Shown here in pieces: positions 1-14,008 of a stretch of 64,000 nucleotides of DNA. The notes beneath the pieces were generated by a model. It saw only the letters and a list, made by a program, of their open reading frames with translations, was not told the DNA's origin and searched no databases. Location of the stretch: NCBI RefSeq assembly GCF_006345805.1, contig NC_042998.1, positions 75,702,001-75,766,000 on the forward strand. The letters run 5' to 3'. Numbering within the stretch: the first letter of the stretch is position 1; each line of letters opens with the position of its first letter. This DNA is from Octopus sinensis. Lineage: Eukaryota. Position numbers and translations under genes: made by a program.

Positions 1-329
1 ACAATTAGGTATAGGGTCGGGATTTAGGTTTCGCTAGTTAAGGATAAAGAACAAAGGGAGGAGGGCAGAGTTACCATAGAATTTAGGGAAATTCTGTGAA
101 TATAGTTTGAAAGTTACAGTAGAGTGGGAAGTTCTAACTGTTGTGGAACTGTAGCGTTTTGCGCGATTGATTTCTCTGGTAAAGGAGAACGATGTAGGAG
201 GTTACTATGAGTACCAATATATTATATAGGACAGTGGAGACCACTTGTAACATGCGGATATGTGTGTCTGGAAATGAAATGCCTGGTAGTAATAGTAGTG
301 TACTACTTATCATTAATGAGTGCAAAGAA

Positions 330-1150
330 AGAGGGGGTGGTTATCTCTGTACACAACCCGAATATCCTATTTGATATTTATCAACCTTAGGTGGGACTAC
401 AGGCTTACCCAACCCTACCTGACTACGGTGCCAGCTGTTCGCTACCATTGAAATAAGGTAACACCCCTTATTTTTCGAGCACCATCCGGAATATTCGAGC
501 GGTTCCAAGCAGTGCTGTTTTCTGCCATTGCTCTACCCTTATTGCAGTCCCTATTTGTTCCATGTACTTCTCAAGATTTTTGCTTACTGTTCCCAGGACT
601 CCGACAATTATTGGTACTACTGCCACGTTTTTCCTCGACCGCAACTGCTTAACCTCCCAAGCTAACCTGTCATATCTATCGGCTTTTGTTTCTTCCTTAT
701 CGCATACCTTGTTGCAAGCTGGGCATGCTATATCTATTATCCAGCATCGGTTGCTTTCTTTCTCAATTAACACTATGTCTGGTTTCCTATTCTCTACCTC
801 ATGGTCGCACTGAATCATAAAATTTCATAGGATCTTCGCATTATCATTTTCGATGATGCCTTCGTAACAATTTTTGCTCTGTGAAGTCCATGCTTGTTGC
901 AAAGTGTCCAATGGATAATCCTTGCTATATTGTCATGACGTTTCTTATATTCTTTCTGGGTTAGTAGCGTACATTGACTGGTAATATGCCATACGATTTC
1001 ACCATTTTGTCAACAAATTCTGCACTTATCACTTTCTGATGTGCCTATTTTGTATTTGATGTAATTGGTTCTCAATTCCTGCTCTTGGGCAGCACAAATT
1101 AGAACCTCCATTTCCAGTTTTAAATCACTTTTTGTCATACATAGCCATAG
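330..1150 (-). mobile_element. 5'-truncated R4/Dong-type non-LTR retrotransposon 3' end (CCHC knuckle + restriction-like endonuclease), pseudogenised
   Basis: Minus-strand translation gives LKLEMEVLICAAQEQELRTNY, CRIC*QNGEIVWHITSQC, YKKRHDNIARIIHW, then ORF 468-818 with RKPDIVLIEK...IIDIA...KADRY...VVPIIVGVLG (PD-(D/E)xK type). In-frame stop present; the 3' UTR boundary is approximate. Confidence 0.88.
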
Positions 1151-1159
1151 AAATGAACG

Positions 1160-1238
1160 CACTTGCCCAATGTGCCGTACAATGGAACTGAACCTGAACT
1201 TACCTGATTACAAATCGAGTTTCTTAACTACGCATACG
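1160..1238 (-). mobile_element. Degenerate tRNA-head fragment of the SINE family seen at 2035-2514
   Basis: cacttgcccaatgtgccg...ggaactgaacctgaac matches 2426-2466 (cacttgcccaatgtgccacgcagtgggactgaaccccgaac). Confidence 0.6.
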
Positions 1239-1290
1239 ATTGACTACATTAATAATTGATCTCGCAAAAATTAAAGCACTACTTAATAAT

Positions 1291-1419
1291 CCTTTCTAGT
1301 ATAGGCACAAGGCCTGAAGTTTCAGGGAAGCGGTGAGTCGATTACATCGATCCCAGTACGCAAATGGTACTTAATTTATCGACCCAGAAAGGATGAAAAG
1401 CAAAGTCGACCCTGGCTGA
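1291..1419 (-). mobile_element. 5'-truncated SINE (family A) with perfect 18-bp target-site duplication
   Basis: Body matches the copies at 4543 and 37987. AAAGCACTACTTAATAAT occurs at 1273-1290 and 1420-1437. Confidence 0.9.
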
Positions 1420-2034
1420 AAAGCACTACTTAATAATGATTTAGTAATTGAAGGGAGCAGTCTTTAGTGTTTAATAGCAATAGATTATTTTCAGTTTTGT
1501 TAGAAACAGAGTTAAACCCTGTAACAACTTCATAAACCCCAATGGACTACGATGATGAAACTGCCTTTAAATTTGCGATGATTGCATTTTTTACTTACGT
1601 TTCCTACCTCTGTTTTTGTCGAATTAATTAATTGAATAGAAGGTTCATTTTCCGAAGATCGTTTTGTAATTCTTAAATCTGAAGTATAGTTACTTAGATA
1701 TCAACATATGATTTGTATGTCTAAGTCGATGTAATGTTTTGACTTTGAGTACTAATTCTGTTTAGGTTTTCTGCGATTACACTTCTGCATACTGCATAAA
1801 AACCAACTTCTTCATTAACAGTCTCAGGTGAGAGCACATTTTCATGTTTAACAAGATGATAAACCAAATTTAAAATTTTAATATGGATCCAAGAATTGTA
1901 ATTGCCAATTCCCCTAATTTGTTATAACAAAATTTTGAAGATAAATTTTCTCTAATCAAAATAAAAAGAAAATAGAGTATACGTGATATACATCTCTGCC
2001 CGTTGGATACGGATTTTTAGTCAGATTGAAGATA

Positions 2035-2514
<480 letters not shown>

Positions 2515-3418
2515 ACGCATATGTTAAGTTGGGTGTTTTTGTGTGAGTGGGGTTCGTTTATTTTGGAAACTTCACTTTTCAAGGGAAAATTACTAGAAAG
2601 TGTAGTTCATTTTTCTTTATGTAATGCTTTTGATTAAAGAGAACAATTCACCGTAAAGCTTTCCAAGTAACGGGTCTGGCGTTATTTATGCTAGTTTAAA
2701 ATGCATATTTAAATAAGTAATTTTGTTTCTCGTCTCATTAATTACGAAAAGAAGCTCACTGCATAAGTCTATTAATGAATTGGCTGGCAATCTGCAATAT
2801 ACATTTTAAATAAGGTTTCTACGATATTACAAATATATTTTTAGTGTACATGTCGATTAGCTGTTAAAACCTTATTAGAAAGTTGGTTATAACAAGCCCT
2901 AGTATAAATCGCTTGATGCAATTAGTTTCCTCAGTAGGACAAGTACAGCACCAAGCTAAATTTATAGCATTCAACGCCTTAACAGCAACACAAATAAGTG
3001 TATTTTAAGTTGACTGTCACAAGGTGCACTGTTTGTTTTGCTCTTAACTACATCTCAGCGTAATATTAATGGAGAATTAAATGTCGGACTTTTATAAATG
3101 TATGATGGGGAATGGAGAGGAGGAAAAGCGAGACGTTGATAGAGAGTAGGAGGGAATCGAAATGCATTATATGCAGCTGTCTGAGTTTGTTTCTATCAGA
3201 AACTTTCTACCACATACTTAGAGCTCAGTCTTGTCTTGAACTCAATACATTAACCATAAATGAATCGAAATCACTTTTTATAAATCTTGTTACCACGAAA
3301 TTCTGTCACCAATCATTTCTTCAATAAGCATCATTAAATTAGCCATTATTAGATACCTCCCCGCTTCACTAAATACCCAACTAAATTCTGAGGACTTTTG
3401 TTAGAATTATGTACATAA

Positions 3419-3802
3419 TCTCTCTCTATATAAACGGCAGTTTGTCTGTGCGTTTTCTGTGTGTCTGTTTTCTCGTACCCTCACTCTGACCACGGCTTTC
3501 AACCGATTCTGATGAAACTTGACACACACATAGCCCAATGTCATAATTCAAAACTAACGCAGCGAAAATTTTGAAAAGTTCCCCCAGTTCTGAAAAAAAA
3601 TCGATAAATTCGACATGGGGTCGAGAATCAGAAACCCAAACCACAGACCGTCTAGGGGACGCAAATCCACCTTTTTTAACTCTCAAAAAAAATTACCATC
3701 ATTTTTTTTCCATTTTTTTGCTATTTTTTGGCTATAACTCTCTAAAAATGCTTTATAGTTATTTCCCTTACAAACCTGAGCAACGCCGGGCGATACTGCT
3801 AG
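3419..3802 (+). mobile_element. Non-autonomous Helitron-like element
   Basis: Starts A|TC and ends CTAG|T. Subterminal GC-rich imperfect hairpin cctgagcaacgccggg (3775-3790) lies 8 nt before CTAG. No TSD. Confidence 0.8.
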
Positions 3803-4542
3803 TAATAACATATAACCTCCCTTCCTCTCCTTCCACCACCTCACATCAATAAATTAATGGGCTTTTTGGGTTGTTTTGTTTTTTACATTTCCCTCTCACG
3901 ATATACTAACACAAACTCAACAAACTAAATAATATTTATACAACAGCTCACCGAACCACACATAAACACGTAGAAATTAATTACGTATGATTTGATCACG
4001 TTACTCTCCCGAAAAGAAAACAATCAAACTAAATAACCCAATCCTTTTGTTGCTCCAAAGACATTTTTCTATTGAATAAATTACTCAAATATTAATCATA
4101 ATGTTTTAAACATTTAATTTCTGCACCAAGTACCTAACCACCTTTTTTATTTCCAATTCTTCCACAAAATTTCCAATGGAATTCTTAGTTCCTTTCAAGC
4201 AAAGCACATTAGAGAAAAATAACATATAACCCTCCTTCACAACCACGTTAGTACTCTACCAGTGCCTCCTCACTTCTTCCGACAATGTGCTTGTATAAAG
4301 TCTAACAATGAATTTCCCACTTACGCCATGCATAGCTCTGATTATGGGCAAAATAAATTGTACACTTATGGCAATTGAGTTTTAAAAATAAACGCTACAC
4401 GTTTCTACGCGCACGCTAGTGTGTACGTGTGTGCGTCCGTCCTTAATCAACTGTCTTATCCAGTCTGCAGTAAAATTTGGAAAAGCTTCAGCAGATTACT
4501 GATACACCAAATTAAAATACTTTTTACTGCCGTAAAGATATT

Positions 4543-4941
4543 CTTTTCTACTTTAGGCACAAGGTCCAAAATTTTGAGATAGTAAGCTAGTCGATTAGAT
4601 CAACGCCAGTACGCAACTGGTAATTAATTTATCGATCTGGAAGGGATGAAAGGTAGAGTCATCCTCGGCGGAATTTGAACTCAGAACGTAAAGACAGACG
4701 AAATACCTATTTCTTTACTATCCACAAGGGGCTAAACATAGAGAGGACAAACAAGAACAGACATACGGATTAAGTCGATTACATCGACCCCAGTGCATAA
4801 CTGGTACTTAATTTATCGACCCCGAAAGGATGAAAGGCAAAGTCGACCTCGGCGGAATTTGAACTCAGAACGTAACGGAAGACAAAATACTGCTAAGCAT
4901 TTCACCCGACGTGCTAACGTTTCTACCAGCTCGCCGCCTTT
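4543..4941 (-). mobile_element. Dimeric tRNA-derived SINE (family A)
   Basis: Head GGCGGCGAGCTGGTAGAAACGTTAGC, B-box GAGTTCAAATTCC, central domain GCCTTTCATCCTTTCGGGGTCGATAAA present twice. 16-bp TSD ctgccgtaaa(g/a)atatt at 4527 and 4942. Confidence 0.9.
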
Positions 4942-6211
4942 CTGCCGTAAAAATATTAATACATTAATACAAAGGCAGGAAATTACTAGAAGAAGAAAAA
5001 AACGATGTAAAATGCTAAAATTTCAATGGAGCTAAGAGAAAAGCAAGGCATTTAAAAATATTGCTTGAAATCAGTACGAGTTGTCAAGCTATCTAATCAC
5101 ATTAATTGCCATTAAGATTGATTATTTTGTTCTTTTAGAGTGTAAACTAATCAGTCTCCTTTCTAATGTACAAGCCAAGCCCTTCCACACAATCCGTTCA
5201 TTCAATCAAAAAAGTATTAAATTATTTACAGGGTGGTAACTGACTTTTGATTTGATACGTTCGACTAGTGGATGTTTATTATCAGCAATACAATTAGAAA
5301 AATACATTCATCCTGATGATAATAATTATTTACGGCAGATTTTTCCATATTATTTTTTAAATTTAAAGTTTCCAAATTTTAAGTAAATTCTTATGCGCAG
5401 AAAGTTAATATCGATTAATAGAATTGTTGTCCAACTATATTTAAGAGTAAATTTATTTTTACGGCTACCGACAATAACATCTCAATTAAGTTATGGGCAA
5501 TACCTAATTTACAACACGTAAAGCTTAAGAAGCTATCTTAATTTCAGAAAAGTCTAATTAGCAACATGAATCTTATCTCTTTTTACAAGTCTTCGCTATT
5601 TATCTTAAACGACCGCGAATAGAATTTACTAACGTTAGAAAATGTACAAAATTTGCATTGCTAAAAGAACTTACAACACTAAGAGGAAATAAACTGTGAA
5701 TGAAACATATTCATCGAAGCCTATATATTTGTAATATGCATGTAAGCATATATGTCTGTTTGTCTGTGACATCTTACATATGAATCCTTGATAGCAGAGT
5801 GCTACATAATCAAATATTCTGTAAAGTGTATGAAGCAACATTTGAAATATTTGTTTATAGTAAACTCTCTTGCAACATGAAACTTCATGAAGTGAAAATA
5901 ATTTTAGCACCAAAAATAGATAAGATCATTTGACTCTGCCAAAATAGAAATTATGCGGTCTGTGAATTTGTCTTCTCTAAAAATATGAACAGTTTACATC
6001 GCAAATAAGACACACTGAAATCCACATTTTTACACATAAATTCACTTGGTATACGCTCACTCGAGTATATCTTGCAATTCTTTTTCAGAAGGTAATTAAA
6101 ACTATTCTCGTGAGGAAAATTATAAGAAGATGAATGGTGATATTTATTTTCTTCAATTCAGATAAGACAGACTTCACTTCATTATGTCTAATACATATGT
6201 GTGTGTGTGTG

Positions 6212-6282
<71 letters not shown>

Positions 6283-6929
6283 AATATACATATGTATATA
6301 GATGTATATATATATTTATATTTACACATATACATATGTGTGTATTTATGTATGCGTGTACGAATGTATGTATTTACATGTAGATATATATATCTATAGC
6401 GACTCGCATGTGTGTATATGTATGTATGATGTCGTACGAATGAAACATTTTAGAGTAGACATTTAATTGACGACCATTAAACTTTCTGAAAAGACTGCTT
6501 GGTGTACATAAATATGGGTGCATGCTTCAGGACGTTGATTCATAGAGTTATTTACTTTTATCCGTCATCGTATGCTCTGCTAACGATGCAAATTTTGTAT
6601 ATTCAGTAAAAGTAATGAATTGTATAGTCGGTCATTTAACGTATTTGTCTCCGACATTCTGTAGATAAATAACGAAAACTTATAAAAGGAGATAAGACTC
6701 TTATTGTTAATTAGACATTTCTCAAATTAAGATATCTTCTTAAACTTTACCTATTGTAACTTAGATATCGCTTATAATTTAATCGAGATGTTATTGTCTG
6801 TAACTGCAAAAGTGAATATACTTTAAAATATAGTTGGAAATTGATTCTATGTTCGATATTAGCATTACTCACATAAAAAATTATTTAAAATATTTGGAAA
6901 CTTCGAATTAAAAACAGTATCAAATCGAA

Positions 6930-9880
6930 TATGTATGTAGGTATGCGTCTAGCCTTCGAGTAGTGTCCTAGTTAGTCACCATCTCAGTGAGATACTTCCT
7001 CCTCCCCTATGCCCATATGGCAAGTGACCAACCAACACAAGTCGTCATTCCAATCAGGTCTTCAGAGAAGAGAATACGATACGCAGAATCCAACTCGGAA
7101 AATCGAGAAACATTACCAAAGTGTCTGACACTGGTGAATCATACAACTAACAGAATGCATCACAGTCTCTGAGAATTACTGTTGGTTAGACACGAAATCC
7201 GACCAGTGGTAAACCACAATCCTTTGAAGCGTCCTAGTGCCAAAGGAGTTCAGGCGGCTCTTAAGGACCACAGACACTGTCCAGGCATCGCAACTATAGA
7301 GCAAGGCGTGGAGGACTAAACACCTGAAGACTTAAACCTTTGTCCTCCCGCTCAGATATCGGTAAGACCAAACACCCCTATCCAATGTGTCAACAACTTC
7401 GCCAGCACTTCCAGGTCGTTTTTAGGTATGGATTACACTTAACACTTACGATTTAAGTGATGCGACCAACACCTTCGACATTCTCAATTACAATAGGAAT
7501 CCAAAGAAAACAAGATATTTGTCTTGATCCAAGAAACTCAATGACCAAGTGGTTCCGCTTCTTCACTCAGTGAAAGGAAAGCACCCCTTAGGACATTAAG
7601 GGACTCAGGAAGAATAACCACTTTGTCTGCAAAATCCAGTTAGTATTCCCAGTTTTACTAATGAGTTCTCCACCATCAAGCCGTGATTGATCACCATCTG
7701 GTCATGAATCCAGTCCATGCAGACACTGAACAGAACGGGGTCCAAAACACAACCTTTATTGACCACAGATATAACTTTGAAAAATCAGATGTTGAAGTGC
7801 CAGTCCGAACTACGCTCACTGCTCCAGTATACAAGACCACGCCAGCCCAAACAGTCAAAGAGTTATACCTCGCAGCTTTAGAATCCTCCAGAGCACATTT
7901 CTGTCCACTGAGGTTAACATAAGCTGTAAGCTGCCTCTGCCGAAAACGCTGCCTGCGTTTGAGGAGTACTCGGTGAACAATAATCCTATTAGTTGATGAT
8001 TTCTTTGACGTGAACCGCAAGTGTTCCGGCCACAGACAGGCAGGTAGTCATCTTTACTTTTCCAGAGAAGGATAACAGTGCTCCTCTTCTAATGAGGCGA
8101 GATTATGCCACTGTTCGAAATTCAGCAGATAATCCATCCTAAGTCTGCAGCAGGCCCACTTTTCTTGATCATCTCCCCATGGATGGCACAAGCACTGACT
8201 GTTTTCCCGCCCTTCAGCCGATTTACTACAGCACGAAACTCGCCTGCTCAGAGCAGATTACAGCTGTGTGGCAGGTTGGACACCTGTACTGAAGGCATCG
8301 CAGTATTCAGAACAGTACTAGAAGGGTTCAATTTATACAACATCTCAAAGTACGATACCAACGAGCCAGACGCTTGGGCTCCCCCGTCAGGAGCACTCAA
8401 GCAGTGTCTAAGACTCCTGAACACAGATGGGAAGGCTTTGCATTCATAAGTAAAGAGATTCATTTGTAGGCAACACGTTAATCTGAAGTGTGAAGTCGAC
8501 TCTCAACTTCCCTGTAGATTTCTCGAACCTATTCTTCCTTGTCAGACCTTAGTGTTCTGACAGCTCTAAATCTTAGACCCCGAAACAAATCCTCAGGAGC
8601 TCAACTCAGTGTCACCCTACGGTTGCATTCCACGAATGCGAGGGTCTCCCTTGAAAGGAAACGTGTGCTTGGCCATTTTTGGAAACCAACATATTCCCTA
8701 GTAGTCGACAGCATGGTGTCCCTGTGACTTTTCCGCATTCCCAGAAGTCTAGTCGAGAGTCTAGCTCCAAGCAACACAGGCCCAAGTTACTGCAAATACG
8801 TCTTGCTTACACTGCCGATATCCAGTCTGGAACTGGCTACCTTCAGCCTCTTATCCTCCAGTTGTAATCTCAACACATCCACAAGCCTATGATCAGTGCC
8901 TATGAAGCTAGCACCGAAAACCCTGCAGTTCTGCAAGACTCTCCAATGGCCGTCTACAAGCCTATAGTCAATCTTCTATGCCACAGGATCAGTACTGGAA
9001 TAAAGTCCAGCGATGCAGTTCAGAAGCGAGCAAAACGAAGTCCGTTCTTTTTGGCCAATACAGAAGCATCACACCACTTTCGTTCCTGGTACTCGACTCA
9101 TAAAGCTGGCATCCCTCTCATATTGCGTTCTGTCAATCGCTGTATACGCGTTAAAGACTCTCATACCAAGGACGTTTTCCTGTTCAGAATACTCCCCATG
9201 GCACAACGCGGCTGGGGCAGAGTACCTCCCTCACAGATTTATCATTCACAGTGTTAGGAGCAAACACTGCAACCAAGAAAATGACACCTAGTGTATGTTG
9301 AATCCTTAGCCGCATAAAATGCTCGTTGATGGGTGCTATATATGATACCATTTTAACCAGCCAGTCGGCCACAAGAACTGCTACTCCCCCAACCCCATCA
9401 TGCTAGCCATCAGAGCTCCCCGACCAGTAGTAGGTGTAAACACTAGTTGAGATTTCGCCGCTATCTGGCCGACGCACCTCCGACAGGGCCGTCACGACTC
9501 GCAAACAACCGTTCCAAAGGGGGTCAATGGCTGATGAGAATCACCCCTCAAATACAGAGTATTCTAGGACCCCAACCGAATAGGCCTCCTCAGATTGAAC
9601 AGAGATTACCTACTCCTGATGGATGACACCTTTGCACAATCTTCCAACTTCACCTGTCCTCCAGGATTTCCTCCAACTGCTTCATAGAATGTTACTTACA
9701 GACAGTTGAAATACTCCCACGAAGGAGAGAACTTGATCAGTCTGTTTCGATAGCTGTTGCTGATGAGGGTTTTACGATTTCGGGGTGGAAATCCTATCTG
9801 AAGCTTTTTAACTACATTTTACGACACATAGCGAAAACGTTGGGTGTATTCTTTGGTATGCCAGTCCGCACACAGCAAAA
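6930..9880 (-). mobile_element. Near full-length, heavily decayed RTE-clade LINE (APE endonuclease + RT)
   Basis: Minus strand: ALSEVRRPDSGEISTSVYTYYWSG...GVGGVAVLVADWL...PINEHFMRLRI (APE, ~9200-9500); VNKGCVLDPVLFSVCMDWI (~7710-7765); LDFADKVVI (YADD box, ~7615-7640). Many stops and frameshifts; ends approximate. Confidence 0.82.
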
Positions 9881-10809
9881 TGAATGTCGAAAACAATCAT
9901 TATTATCAGAATAAATGTATTTTTCATATTGAATTGCTACAATATAAAAATAATATAGTCGAATGTATCAAATTAAACGTCATTTAGCACCATGAAGGTA
10001 ATTTGTTTCTTTTGAGGGTGAGCTGTGAAGAGGGGCTTATAAATTAGAATGGAAATGGAATAGTTTATACTCTATCAGAACAAACTAATTAATTCTTTTA
10101 TGTTTTATGCCTGTATAACAGCAGGTGTAAGTGTTTTTATGTGGCCGTATTTTTGCATGTGCGCCTATCTTTGTGTATTTGAGAGGGAGGCCGGTATTTT
10201 TTGTGAGTAGAATTTATATATCAAATCTTTAAAAAAGTTCCTATCAAAAATATTGAAATAGAAACTTATACTTTTGATAAACACTATCTTAAAACTCAAC
10301 TTGTTATCACGTTTTAATGATGAATGGTCATATTTTTCGTTCATGGTGTAATTTTGGTAGATACTATCATATATATTTTTTACTAAATAATCATTAGTAC
10401 ATAAAAGTTTCTCGTAAAGTCAATACGCTTTTTGATATTTTACGAATCTGTTTGATTCTCTAATTTGATAATCTGCATTTATGAATATATGAATACTGAT
10501 ATGTAATAACTCAGATTACCAAAAAAATACTTTTGTATATACATATATGCGCTCTCAAAAGTATTGTTGCATATATATAAATAATTGTCAATGTGACTAG
10601 GGTGTTATAACACTTACATTGCTATAATAAGAGCTAAAATACTCTACGCTGTCGTCAAAGCGCATAATTGTATACATATATATAGACAAGGACTATAATC
10701 AATTTTATGTATACACATTAGCAATTCGCTAAATCAACCATATATTTCTATGATGAAAACATATATACAGATAGAGAATTAAGTCCGAAGTCTGCGGAAC
10801 TAGAGCCAG

Positions 10810-10860
10810 TCCTTACTGATGAGGCAATGGAAATTGCCGAAATTATATTAAGTATAAAGA
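10810..10860 (+). ncRNA. Type I hammerhead ribozyme motif (copy 1)
   Basis: TCCTTA-CTGATGA-GGCAAT ggaa ATTGCC-GAAA-TTatattaAG-TA-TAAAGA. Perfect stem II, GUA site, one mismatch in stem I, weak stem III. Confidence 0.8.
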
Positions 10861-11147
10861 GTTCTCATACGGCGTTATCGGACGATTGTAGTCCTTGTTT
10901 GTATATATGTGCTTTGACTATAGTATTAGAGCATTTGAGCTTTTATTTCTTGCAATTTAGGTATTACAAGTCCCTTGCCACATTTAGTGACAATTACAGT
11001 TTTCCTTTTTGGTAAAACATTGCAAACTGGTGTCTATTTTAATTTTACGTATGCACATTAGTGATTCGATAAACCATCCATAGATTTCTATGATGAAAAT
11101 ATATACAGACAGAGAATTAAGCCCAAAGTCTGCCGAAGAAGAACCGG

Positions 11148-11198
11148 TCCTTACTGATGAGGCAAGAAAAATTACCGAAACTGGATTCAATATAAGGA
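11148..11198 (+). ncRNA. Type I hammerhead ribozyme motif (copy 2)
   Basis: TCCTTA-CTGATGA-GGCAA gaaaaa TTACC-GAAA-CTGgattCAA-TA-TAAGGA. Perfect stem I, single mismatches in stems II and III. Confidence 0.8.
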
Positions 11199-11659
11199 AT
11201 ACTTGAACGACATTTTCAGACAATTATAGTGTCTGTTTGTATATTTGTACTTTGCCTACACTTATATGACAATTATAATTTTCCTTTTTGGTAAAATATT
11301 GCAAACTGCTGTCTACTTTAATTTTATATATAAATGAGAGCAGCAATATCAAACTCACTCATTCATCAAATACCACATATAACAGGAGGATTGAAGTAAC
11401 GAAAATGTAGCAAAACTAATGTGCCCTAGCATAACCGCTACTCCCGAGCTGTAACGAGTAAAAGAGTTATAGAGCAAAGAGTAAATTCTTTTGAAATTAA
11501 AGGTATTTTTCTAAAACAGTGCTACATAGAAAAACACCACAATTAGATCATATTACATAATATTCACGATCATTAAAACTGTATGAAAACTTGAATTCTG
11601 CACAAATGAGAACATTAAAGAAATCTCCAGAGAAAACATTTACACACTGAATTATTCAT

Positions 11660-12070
11660 AGACCATATATATGCACCACATACATCATATATACACCACA
11701 CATCATTTACACCATATACACTATATATACACACTATACCACATACACTATGTATACACTACGTATACCATACAGGACTACATATACCTTATACGCTATA
11801 TACACATCACTTTATACACCACATAAATCATTCACAGCACATTTACCACATATTTCATATACACTACATACAAACTGCGTATACCACACGACACCGCATA
11901 CAATATTTATACACCACATATACTTAACCACAGATTACACGGGATAAGCTATATACGCTTTAAGCACAACACTACACTTCATGCATCATATACACCACAT
12001 ACCCTACAAATACACCTATACACTACTCTATACTATGGATACTATATACACAACATATACTTTATATACG
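11660..12070. repeat. Degenerate low-complexity (ACAT/ACC-rich) repeat tract
   Basis: Recurrent tacaccacat / tatacac motifs. Confidence 0.7.
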
Positions 12071-12971
12071 TTACATGCATCATATGATAAGCATTTACGT
12101 GACAAGAAATAGGGTAACTTCTTTTATGTGTTTCAATATTTGCACCCTTGTTCTATCTAGAGCCTGGTCTATGAACATTCACAATTGTATCTTGAATAAA
12201 ATAGTGATAGAACACAACGGGATGTACGCATTATATAGTGCATATGCTACTCAGCATACATCATATATAGAATATCCAGCCTATAGACCAGCTAAACTAA
12301 GTGCATCATCTATGCACATATCCTATTAAATCTTCACGGACGGGCCCCTGTTCACGTGATCTGAGGACATGTTTTACACACCGGTTGCCTGTGTGACACA
12401 TGTCTGGGGTCAGACTTACTTCAAGTTATATATAATGAGAACTGCGTAGTATGTTAAGATTAACTCTAGTATTAACTTTAAAACTAGAAAGGTAGTTTAG
12501 AGCATAAGGTGGATATATGGAGTTTATAAGAGCAGAAACACAGCGTACATTGGGGAGACATCTAGGAGTATATCGGGGAGACTAAACATGCACTAGAGAG
12601 AATATAATGACAAGAAACATTCACCACAATCTATCAACATGCCAAAGATCAATATGACATCTGCATTTTGTCCAAGCACCCAAAGGACCCATCACTTAGA
12701 TAAATACAAGAGTACTCCCTCATAAATGAAACATTACCCTACTAAAAGAGAATTACACGTATAAGGTAGAGATGCCTTAATACCACAGATACTACCCACG
12801 TATGTAGATTCGTAAGTAAGAAGTCAAGTAGGTAAATGAATGGGTAGGTAGACAGGTAAGTACACTGGTTTTAGGTGGTTAGGTCGGTTATATAGAATGT
12901 TAGTTACATAAATATGTTGGTAGATAGATAGGTGGAAAGATTAGCAAGCTAATATGGTAAATAGGTAGGCA

Positions 12972-13098
12972 AGTAGGTAGGTAGGTAGGTAGGTAGGTAG
13001 GTAGGTAGGTAGGTAGGTAGGTAGGTAGGTAAGTAGGTAGGTAGGTAGGTAGGTAGGTAGGTAGGTAGGTAGGTAGGTAGGTATGTAGGTAGGTAGGT
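12972..13098. repeat. (TAGG)n microsatellite
   Basis: About 30 near-perfect TAGG units. Confidence 0.97.
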
Positions 13099-13711
13099 AA
13101 TACGGTCAGACAAACACACACGTAATGAGACAGAAATACATGACCGTATATGCACACACACTCCACATACTCACATACACACAAAGACATATAGACACAC
13201 ATGCATACACAACAGGCGCACGTGCATACTCACACAAACTCATAGACACGCATAGACACACTCAAACACGCGCACACAAGAAAGCAGTGCTAAACACACA
13301 AACACACACACATACATACATACATACATACATACATACATACATACATACATACATACACAAACGTACAAGCACGCATACACACATAAGCACAGGAATA
13401 TGCAGAATACATACATATATACATACATAATACACGCATAGACACATGCATACATACACAAATACACGTGCACACTGGCACGCACACACGCGCACGCAAC
13501 AAGATCTCAGACACACACAAACGCATCCTCTATAACGGACTTAGTAAATAGTCATTGAAAAGGTTGCAAGTAACAACGAAAGAGCCTTGATAAACAAACA
13601 CAAGACAACTGGATATTAAACAATTAACTAACACTGGTGGAGTGTGACTGAACCAGTGTGTGTGTTAATTATATTGGTATAATGACTCTCCCAAGATACA
13701 ACTATATACAG

Positions 13712-13742
<31 letters not shown>

Positions 13743-13820
13743 GTAATTTATAATTATACTGTGAAATTTGATTTAATCCTAAATCTAATTTTTTCCCTGT
13801 AAGTTGGATATACTCCCTAA

Positions 13821-14008
<188 letters not shown>

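Larger units (their letters stand above)
10701..11330 (+). repeat. Tandem duplication of a ~340-bp unit, each copy carrying a hammerhead motif (pLTR/retrozyme-like)
   Basis: 10701-11040 aligns with 11041-11320 (second copy has a ~60-bp deletion). Shared anchors: tttctatgatgaaaa, gtccttactgatgaggcaa, ttttcctttttggtaaaa. Confidence 0.9.

Noticed and set aside
10701-11330. Repeat arrays as possible CRISPR
   Set aside because: No short repeat with unique spacers anywhere; eukaryotic context.
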